DNA from: Octopus vulgaris
Taxonomy: Eukaryota
Assembly (NCBI GenBank): GCA_951406725.2
Contig: OX597820.1
Location: 70,246,001 to 70,310,000 of the forward strand
Length of the DNA: 64,000 bases
Reading direction: 5' to 3'
Below are positions 53,952 to 64,000 of the stretch, in pieces; the first letter of the stretch is position 1, and each line of letters opens with the position of its first letter. Made by a program: the position numbers and the translations under genes. The notes beneath the pieces were generated by a model, which was not told the origin of the DNA, did no database searches, and worked only from the letters and a program-made list of their open reading frames with translations.

Positions 53952-56193
53952 TAACATCATCATTTTAATCATCATCATCATCATCATCATCATCTCTTTA
54001 GAATGCAAAGTTTTGCTTGCAACCACTGTGTATGTGCGTGTGTGTGTGTGTGTGTGGTAGGGTGCTGGGAAGGTTCTGTTGTTGTTGCTGTTGTAGTTAT
54101 TTAACACCAGGACAACCTTACCCTGATCAAGTATACCTCTGATCAAGGCCTCTCCAACTCTGGGCACACATTGTCTTTTATTGTCATTATTTTTTTTTAT
54201 CGTTTACTACATTATTCAATGTACGTGCTTGTTTTTAAGACAGTAAGGTGTGACATTTGAGGCAAATTCAGCTACTATTTCCAGCGCCTTGTCGCTTTTT
54301 ATCAGTTCATTAGAGAGGCTTGTTATGTAGACTATGTATAATACATCGTTATTCTATTTTGGTATTCTATTAAGTGCATTGTAAATATATAATACCAGGA
54401 ATCCTGTTTAAGCACCACGCCCAGTTTCTGCACGGTGTAGCCGTGATAAGGAGTGCGTAGAGCTTCTATGTGGTCATTTAGCATGCTAGAAATAGCAACC
54501 AAATCTACTTTAGAGAAACTTCTTTTTACAGAGTGGCGCAAAAGTAGGTTTACAAACTGAAAACCTATCTTACAAGCTGAAAAAGGAGCTTGACAAAATT
54601 AACTAAATTAGCATAGAATAAATGCTTTCATATTTTGTTTTATAATTCAGATCTAAACTGTTAATATATGGATGCGAAAGAGATAGTTGAATAACTGCAA
54701 ACCTACTTTTAGGCCATCCCGTATAGTTCTAGACAGCGGGATGTGGCCATGCTGTAGTATCGCAATCAATGCTTTCATTCCGTTGACGGTTTTAATATTA
54801 CTCTCTCTCTCCTTTCCCTCTCTCCACCCTTCTCTCTCCCTCCCTTTCTGCACCCTCTCTCCACCCTTTCTCTCCACACTCCTCTCTAGCTCTTCTCCTC
54901 TCCTTCCCCCCTCTCTCTCTCATTTCTCTTTGCTGGCTCCAATATTTGTTTATCTACTATCTTCTTTCATTGTAGAATTCTCCAATTATTCTCTGAATGT
55001 GTTGACAAATACTACATTCGATAACAAACCACTTCACGGTACCCCTAAAAAGACGTCTTTTCATAATCTTTTATCTTTTAATTGCTTCAATCATTAAACT
55101 GCGGCCATGCTGGGGCACTTCCATTCAGGGTTTAGTTGAATAAATTGACCCCAGTACCCACTTTTATGATTGGTATTTATTCTTTCGTTCTCTTTTGCCG
55201 AAACTCTAAGTTACGGAAACGTAAACAAGACAACACCGGTTGTTAAGCGGTAGACGGACAGACACAATCCTAAAGTCACACACACGTATATGACGGGTTT
55301 TCACACAGTTTCCGTCTACTAAACCCATTCACAATGTTTTTTGTCGAACCGGGGTTTTATGGAGAACACTTGCTCAAAGTGTGACGTTGTGGGTTTGAAC
55401 TTGAAACTATGTGGTTGAGAACCAAGCTTATTACCCCGCGGCTATGCCAGCGCCCATATTTTATTTATTTATTTATTTATTTTTCTTATTAGTCTGGGAA
55501 GAAAGGGTCCTATTCATGACCCTTTATTATTTTCAGGGCCCTCCGAGACTGGCGCAAGAGAAAGAGGAAGTTGTCCCGCAAACCAGAAACATGATCAGAT
55601 CCGAATGCTTACAACGGAGTGGATTCTGCTAAAGGCGCCCAATGAGCAAGTGGTTGCGTTAAACCCGGCGATAGATGAAATCTATGTTAGCCTATAATTC
55701 ATCAAGCAGTGTATGGCTGAAACTTCTTGTAATGCTTGTTGACAACGAATAGACTGTCACTCAGTTTCCCGCTGCCAAACTCGCTTACAAAGCGTTAGTT
55801 GGCCCAGGGCTATAGCAGAAGACATTTGCCCAAGATGCCACGCAGGAGACTGAACTCGGAATCTCATTGTTGCAAAGTTAGCTTTTTAACCACCGTCCAT
55901 CCCTACCCCTATTGTTGTTGTTTAAATCCATGGTCAGTTCTGATTTAGCTGACGTATAATCAAACGAACCTAAGGAACGATGGAATTCCATGTGTCTATT
56001 TTGATTTTGTTAGGTTCAAATATCGCTGAATATCGTCTTTCCGGATGGATAAAACGGGTACTATCAAGGTTCAGTATTGTGGGCATCGCAGTCTTAAGGT
56101 TTGGATACACGGGCAGTTGCCTGGTCAAGGGGCCCCAGTTCTGATCTTTGCATGCTGTCGTTTGCTGTCAATAAATACTGTAGGTTTCTATGC

Positions 56194-56497
56194 GTGGAGG
56201 CACATGGCCTAGTGGTTAAAGTAGCGGACTCGCGGTCGAGGGATCGCGGGTTCGAATCTCAGACCGAGTGGTGTGTGTGTTTATGAACGAAACACCTAAG
56301 CTCCACGCGGCTCCGGCAGAAGGCAATGACGAACCTCTGCTGACTCTTTCGCCACAACTTTCTTTCACTTCTTCCTCCTGCATCAAGCAGCTCATCTGCG
56401 ACGGACCGTCCAGGTGGGGAACCTATACGCCAATGAAACCGGGAAACCGGCCCTTATAAGCCAGGCATGGCTCGTGAAGGAATAAACAGCAACAACA
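56194..56497 (+). mobile_element. SINE type C
   Basis: TGGCCTAGTGG A box, GGTTCGAATC B box, type C tail. Confidence 0.85.
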
Positions 56498-56818
56498 TAG
56501 GGCCCAAGGCACTGATTTGTCCAAAAGCCCTATAATATTGCTAACACGGTCCTAATTATCGGTAATATGCTTGACTAACCCACAACCCAATTAATTCTGA
56601 GATCTTGTGCCTGCATTAGCTGTAATTTATAAATCCTGCTTTCGCGCCGTTCGTGTATTTGCGAGATACACTCTATACAACCTTAAATATGAGACGAAAT
56701 GAAAGATATAGCGCAATCGAAATATTTATCTTAACCCATTAACTGCTAATTTTTTTTATTCATATTGTTTAGCTTTGCCAGGTGTCTTAGGAGTTAAAAT
56801 AATATATAATATTTAAAT

Positions 56819-57232
56819 AGGAGTGGCTGTGTGGTAAGTAGCTTGCTAACCAACCACATGGTTCCGGGTTCAGTCCCACTGCGTGACATCTTGAGCAAGT
56901 GTCTTCTGCTATAGCCCCGGGCCGACCAATGCTTTGTGAGTAGATTTGGTAGACGGAAACTGAAAGAAGCCTGTCGTATATATGTATATATATATATATA
57001 TGTCTGTGTGTGTTTGTGTGTCTGTGTTTGTACCCCTAGCATTGCTTGACAACCGATGCTGATGTGTTTACGTCCCCGTCACTTAGCGGTTCGGCAAAAG
57101 AGACCGATAGAATAAGTACTGGGCTTACAAAGAATAAGTCCCGGGGTCGATTTGCTCGACTAAAAGGCGGTGCTCCAGGATGGCCGCAGTCAAATGACTG
57201 AAACAAGTAAAAGAGTAAAAGAGTAAAAGAGT
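56819..57232 (+). mobile_element. SINE type A
   Basis: Match to consensus with (GTAAAAGA)3 tail. Confidence 0.88.
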
Positions 57233-57379
57233 ATGTGTGAATTATTTTGGAAATTATGATAAATTTTTCAAAAATCCTAAATGGAGACTGCAATGATGTA
57301 CATTTTAGTTTTTTTTTTTTTTTTTTGAAAGTATAGTATCAAATGCGAATGTGTATGAAATATCAATGAATGATATAGA

Positions 57380-57479
57380 NNNNNNNNNNNNNNNNNNNNN
57401 NNNNNNNNNNNNNNNNNNNNNNNNNNNNNNNNNNNNNNNNNNNNNNNNNNNNNNNNNNNNNNNNNNNNNNNNNNNNNNN
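57380..57479. other. Assembly gap (100 N)
   Basis: N run; adjacency across it is not guaranteed. Confidence 1.
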
Positions 57480-57639
57480 GACAGGAGACACGGATGCGGG
57501 CAGCAGCATCGAACTCCCTTGTTGATCAAGTGCCACGTATCAGAGGTGGATTCACAAACTAGTGTGGCTCATTCAGCGGTGGTGCCCCAGCATGGCCGCG
57601 GCCTTCGGGCTAAAACATTTTTAAGGATTTAAGGATTTA

Positions 57640-58285
<646 letters not shown>

Positions 58286-58289
58286 ACTT

Positions 58290-60500
58290 ATGAGAATACA
58301 CTGGAGGAATTTGTTGTCATTCCTCTTTCCAGAACCATCCATCAACTCAAGTAGCTGTGATCCTTCATATATAAGATTACCTTTAGGTAAAAGCCCGGAC
58401 AATCAGTTTATCAGTTAATAACTGAAATTACTTAACCATGCATAAGAAGAAATGGCATTGAAATAATTATTGATTTATTTCACTCAGTAACACACACATT
58501 CACAATATCCTTCGAAAAAGATAATTTCTTTTGAAATTTTATGGTTCCTGAAGCGTTTGAATCTTCAGAATGGATAAAACCCTTAGAGACTCTACTGAAT
58601 GTGCTATTTTAGAAGGGAACACCTTTGAAAATCATATTCCTTGTTATACACTTTCCAGCTCTTCTACCCTGAGAATTCCTATCATTTTTATGATTACGTA
58701 AATAAGTAAAGAAACTTAACTATACAATGGAATCAAAGAGAGAAATTATCACTGATATGATTTTGCTCCTGGGACAATAACATTTTTAACGCTTTCGCAC
58801 ATCTTAATACCCTGTATATCATCTTCCTTATTCTTATATCAGAAAAGTGCATATAAATGGTCCTGAATCCACAGTTTCAGGGAGCTAACTACAATAGATG
58901 CCTCTCTGGTCAGCGTGTTCTGGAAGGGATATATTTATTCATCAGTCACTTATCTTGCGAACATCATATATGATATGGATATTGTATTCGTAATAGCATT
59001 TGCTTTGAATTTCGTTCAACGGCTAATCCGTTTTACAAATTATATAAATGCGTGTATAACAGATTATATCTTCGATTTTCTTCCATAGAAAAGATAGCAT
59101 TTGTTCAAAGCATTTCTTTTATAGACTTGAACAGATAAATATGTAGCTGTTATATAGTTGACCGAGGAACCAGTGTAGCAGCTAAATATCTCTACAGCCT
59201 CTGAAGTAAGGCCAGCGTAATAAAGTTATTCCTTGAGACAGAATGTTTTAGTTGTTCAAGCAGAGTTGATTTACGATAGCTAACAATATAATGGATGGTT
59301 GCACTCCGTCGGTTACGCCGACGAGGGTTCTGGTTGATCCGAATCAACGGAACAGCCTGCTCGTGAAATTAACGTGTAAGTGGCTGAGCACTCCACAGAC
59401 ACGTGTACCCTTAACGTAGTTCTCGGGGATATTCAGCGTGACACAGAAAGTGACAAGGCCGGCCTTTGAAATACAGGTACAACAGAAACAGGAAGTAAGA
59501 GTGAGAGAAAGTTGTGGTGAAAGAGCACAGCAGGGATCACCACCATCCCTGCCGGAGCCTCGTGGAGCTTTAGGTGTTTTCGCTCAATAAACACTCACAA
59601 CGCCCGGTCTGGGAATCGAAACCGTGATCCTATGACCGCGAGTCCGCTGCCCTAACCACTGGGCCATTGCGCCTCCACTAACAATATAATACGATGTTGC
59701 TGCCTCTTTTCACAATGTCATGTAAGTGACGCTGACTTTCACGAGTCCCAAGCTTAGCTGGCACCGGCAGACAGTTCCAGATATGGTCTCCTGTCTAAGA
59801 TTAAGAAATCCCAGCTATGGGTAAATAAACTCACTACTTTGCCAGTCAGTCTAAGGAATACACCTTATTTATAAATTTACAATGGAATCCTTAACGTGGT
59901 CAGGGGTTAGACTCTCTATTCTTTTCACAACTCCTGGAACCAAACTGGTGGCAAACGTAATGATCTGTACTCCTTTGGATCAAACTGGATTGACAAAAAA
60001 AAAAGGATTCTAACGTTTAGGTAAATAAGAATCATCACACTTCCAGACCTAACTTGTACTTTGGAAACCCGAAGTAGTAATTGAAGTTAATATTCACTAG
60101 CAGGGTCGGTCACGCAAATATATAATTTATTATTTAGTCTTAAGCCAGCTTTAATTGTGCTTGTCTTGCTATTGATAGAAGTCATAAAATATCCTCGCAG
60201 CCCAACGTGCTCAGATTCTATTGGTGAAAATTTGATTTATTGCGCTAAAACCGTTCTTCACTCGTTAGGAGGAAGAAAAGCAACAACTTGGCCTTATTTC
60301 TGTAGTTGCAATGTAAAATCTGTATTTCAAATGATATTGTAACTACATTTCACACAAGCCTTGAATTTCAAAAATAATCTTTATTTCTTCACCATTTTGT
60401 ATGTCAATAGCGGTCCCTTCTAAAACAATTCATTTCTTCTATTTTGCATACAAATGCAAATTTTACCCAGTAAAAAATCCTCATTTCAATGAAATTACTA
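58290..60500 (-). mobile_element. Possible highly decayed Academ-like transposase region, interrupted by a SINE
   Basis: Scattered motifs in plausible order (YLFKSIK, NSKQML, IVVSS, FSG*KSWK, DGWFW) among many stops and frameshifts. Confidence 0.3.
59293..59678 (-). mobile_element. SINE type B with perfect TSD
   Basis: TSD TAACAATATAAT at 59281-59292 and 59679-59690. Confidence 0.92.
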
Positions 60501-61329
60501 ATTTTTGTCTCAGAATCAATAGTTGTAAATATACACAGTAGATTCCCAAATTATTATCTGTAAATGATAATAAAAGGCTTTCCATTTATGGAAACTGACA
60601 GAACCGCCTTCTCTCACGGTTTCGCTTGTCCAAATCAATATTATTTATAAGGCTTTTGACTGCATTCTTTGCGTGCATTAGATTCAACTTGCTTCCCTAT
60701 ATTTGTAAATTCAAGCTATTTATCTTGTCATACATATCAACCAAGTAAACCACATTTGAAATAATTAAGTAATGATTTATAGGTAAAAATTTCACAAAAG
60801 TAAAAATTCATCAATAGCTAGAAAAAGAGTTTCAAACAGAATCCTTCTGATAGGAATCAAACTTCAGAGTAAAGTAGATTTTCATTATTCCTTTCTCATA
60901 ATTGATGGAACAGCCTCGTGCTTAAGGGCCGGGTTTTGATTTTATAAACAAATAATATTACAAAGTTCAACCTTGATAACAGCTTCTCACTAAAAGTTTT
61001 AAGGTGTTGCCGATGAATTATACAGTGAATTACTAATTGATGAAACGCTTCTTTTTCATATATGATTCCAAACCTGCTTGGACAACCTATCGTAGACTCG
61101 TGCACCTTCAGTTATGCACGAATTTACGCAGCCGTTCGACTTCATAGAAATAGCAAATATGGAAAAGCATGGCTATATGATTCAAACATTCGCCAAGGGG
61201 TTTCGGGTTCAGACTCATTGCAGAGCATTTTGGGCAAGTCGCATTTACTACAACTTCGGTCTTATCTGTAGTGAGAGTTATTTGATAGTTAGAAACTGTG
61301 CGGAATCCTAATGTGTGTGCATTTTTATA

Positions 61330-62465
61330 CAGAGTGGTAAAAAATTAGGCTGAAATTTACCATTTATTCTATCACAAAGGATAGAGTTTTAACCTCGTGA
61401 ATGTGCAAAGTATCTGTCCTCAACATTAACATATTCCTGGAGTCTGCCACCCACACTACGACACGCAATAATGCACAGGTTTAGACTGATGTTGATTTCC
61501 TGACAGGCCTTCGTAATGAACCCGCATAGTTAAGGCAGAGTGCATGGCTTTCTTTCGTATGCCTTCTTTCGCAGCACTCTAGAAAAAAAGTAGAAGGGCG
61601 GAGATCTGGGGAACGAGGGCAGTCAATGCTACCACGTCGCCCACCCTAACTCCGCTGGGAACTTTGCACTGAAAAAATTACGCACATGAATTGCATAATG
61701 AAATGGTACCCCTTCTTGTTGGCATAACACACTACCAAGTTCGGGCGTAACCTGCATTGTGGACACCTACTCCTAGCGCAACATGTCAAGGTAGTTGTCA
61801 CCATTAACTGTTTTATCAAAAAAGAAAGGCCTAAAAACTCCTGAGCATGACAGACCAGCTCTCACGGTGACACTAGGTTGTGTCAGGTATGAGTTTTCGT
61901 CGCAGTTATGCCTGTTGACATGATCTGACAACTTGAAACAGGCTTCGTCTGACCAAACAGTCTTATCAAGGAATCGCGGGATTTCACAAATCTTATTCAG
62001 TATGATTTCTACGAACTGCGTAGGACGATCTGGATTATCCTCTGTCAGGTGTTGCAGGAGTCTAGGTCGGTATGGCTTCAAGCTCAGTTTTATCATGAAA
62101 CGACACAGGGACCTTCGTGCCCAACTAGCCGACGCTCGTCTGCTAAACGTCATAGGGTTATTTACAAACGCCAATGCTACCTGCTTCTCATTTTCCTTAG
62201 TGGTAGCTCTCGTGGACGTCCGGATTTCGGGACGTTCTTTACTCAATCTGTCCCCTCGTATTTGTCTCATCTTGAAAGTCGATTATCATAACGGCAGATC
62301 AGTGTAGAAGGTTTCTTTCCCCTTCTGGTACACCATTTCTGCATTTTCAAATTTACAGTAATTTTTTAGGAATCATCTTTTCTCGTTATCTCTTGCCTTG
62401 CCCTCAGTTACGTCTCACAACCTGATAAAAAAAAGACAACTGTCAACCTATTTTTACACCATACA
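61330..62465 (-). mobile_element. Tc1/mariner-superfamily element, near full length, decayed transposase
   Basis: WSDEACFKLSDHVNRHNC...PFFF..TVNGDNYLDML, QQEG.P.HYA, PRSPDL; imperfect TIRs TA|CAGAGTGGTAAAAAATTAGG and CCTATTTTTACACC. Confidence 0.88.
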
Positions 62466-63025
62466 TATGTATATATGTATGCATGTATGTATGTTTAAAT
62501 GTATGTGTGTGTATTTGTGTGTATATACATACATATGTATAGGTGGTGGGTTAATGCGTATAAAACTGTCTCCGTTTCTTTCTTTACATTCACACCGCTT
62601 TAGAACAGTGCTATCTATGTCCCGTAAATTAACGACTGCACAAATAGATATCGATAAAATAAGCAACAGATAAATATAGGGTACTGGACTCAGTTTAATC
62701 GAGAATACCCATCAAAAGTTGTGCGCCGGTATGGCAGCACTGCAGTAATTAAAACCAACAAGAAACAAAACTAAAAATTTATTAACCTCAAACAAAACCT
62801 TACTCTGTTATTGGAAAAATGCATTGGATAAGGCAGCCCTGAGTATAAAAGCACAGATGGGTGGTCACAGCTAATTTATGGTTTGCACTATAAGGGCAGG
62901 TTAATATAAGTAACAACAACAATAACGCGGGTGCCCCTATACAAACATACTACTGTTGTTTTCTGGTACAAATTAGTGGTTCTTCTGTTTAATATCACAA
63001 TTTATGTTTAATATCTCCACTAATA

Positions 63026-63444
63026 GGCGCAGGAGAGACTGTGTGGTAAGTAGCTTGCTAACCAACCACATGGTTCCGGGTTCAGTCCCACTGCGTAGCA
63101 TCTTGGACAAGTGTCTTCTGCTATAGCCCCGGGCCGACCAATGCCTTGTGAGTGGATTTGGTAGGCGGAAACTGAAAGAAGCCTGTCGTATATATGTATA
63201 TATATATATAAGTGTGTGTGTATATGTTTGTGTGTCTGTGTTTGTCCCCCTAGCATTGCTTGACAACAATGCTGGTGTGTTTACGTCCCCATCACTTAGC
63301 GGTTCGGCAAAAGAGACCGATAGAATAAGTACTGGGCTTGCAAAGAATAAGTCCCGGGGTCGATTTGCTCGACTAAAGGCGGTGCTCCAGCATGGCCGCA
63401 GTCAAATGACTGAAACAAGTAAAAGAGTAAAAGAGTAAAGAGTA
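63026..63444 (+). mobile_element. SINE type A, full length
   Basis: Match to consensus. Confidence 0.9.
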
Positions 63445-63596
63445 ATCATTAATAATATGATTTATGTTAGTATATTTCTCATTACAAACATTCAGCAACA
63501 TCCAACGATAATATAGAACTCTTCGTTGTGTTGGACATTAATAGAATAGTCTATCGTCCAAGAAATAAGAGATTGAAAATTTATCTAAACTATCTG

Positions 63597-63900
63597 GTGA
63601 AGGCACATGGCCTAGTGGTTAGAGCAGCGGACTCGCTGTTGAGGGATCGCGGGTTTGAATCTCAGACCGCGCAATGTATGTGTTTATGAGCGAAACACCT
63701 AAGTTCCACGCGGCTCCGGCAGAAGGTAATGGCGAACTTCTGCTGACTCTTTCGCCACAACTTTCTCTCACTCTTTCCTTCTGCATCTTGCCGCTCACCC
63801 GCGACGAACCGGCGTCCCGTCCAGGTGGGGAACATATACGCCACGGAAACCGGGAAACCGGCCCTAACGAACCAGGCATGGCTCGAGAAGGAACAAACAT
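63597..63900 (+). mobile_element. SINE type C
   Basis: Match to the 40753 and 56194 copies. Confidence 0.87.
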
Positions 63901-64000
63901 CTAGTATAGATAAAACAATTCAGTTAATACAGTAGGGAAAATGTATAACATGGGAGATTGCGATGCTAAGAGATCTGTGAGTTAATAGGTAAAACGGTTC

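Noticed and set aside
56194-56270. tRNA-like sequence with A and B boxes
   Set aside because: SINE head; no proper acceptor stem and it continues into the SINE body

Overview
Eukaryotic, AT-rich DNA dense in microsatellites and SINEs; the repeat content suggests an octopus or other cephalopod (inference). Almost all ORFs in the supplied track are microsatellite or repeat artefacts. One real protein-coding gene can be reconstructed on the minus strand: a PLP-dependent fold-type II L-threonine/L-serine ammonia-lyase (threonine dehydratase/serine racemase family). It has nine coding exons between 35976 and 2397, all with GT-AG ends and matching phases (956 coding nt; SFKDRG PLP-lysine, SLGNHA, PVGGGGL and EGAGA motifs). 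Its 3' end lies left of the window. The rest is intron and upstream DNA with at least five tRNA-derived SINE types, Helitron-like and hAT non-autonomous elements, Tc1/mariner remnants, CR1, RTE, Tx1-like and RLE-type LINE fragments, Penelope-like remnants, probable solo LTRs and a 100-N gap. Most notable: (1) a strong-context AUG opening a 22-aa uORF one base out of frame with a natural-looking N-terminal extension of the dehydratase; (2) repeated hammerhead-ribozyme-like motifs with a non-canonical core; (3) a candidate LINE partner of the dominant SINE; (4) several fold-back or templated duplications next to TA microsatellites. Exon and TSD coordinates were counted base by base; other repeat boundaries are approximate, and family names come from motif recognition, not database searches.
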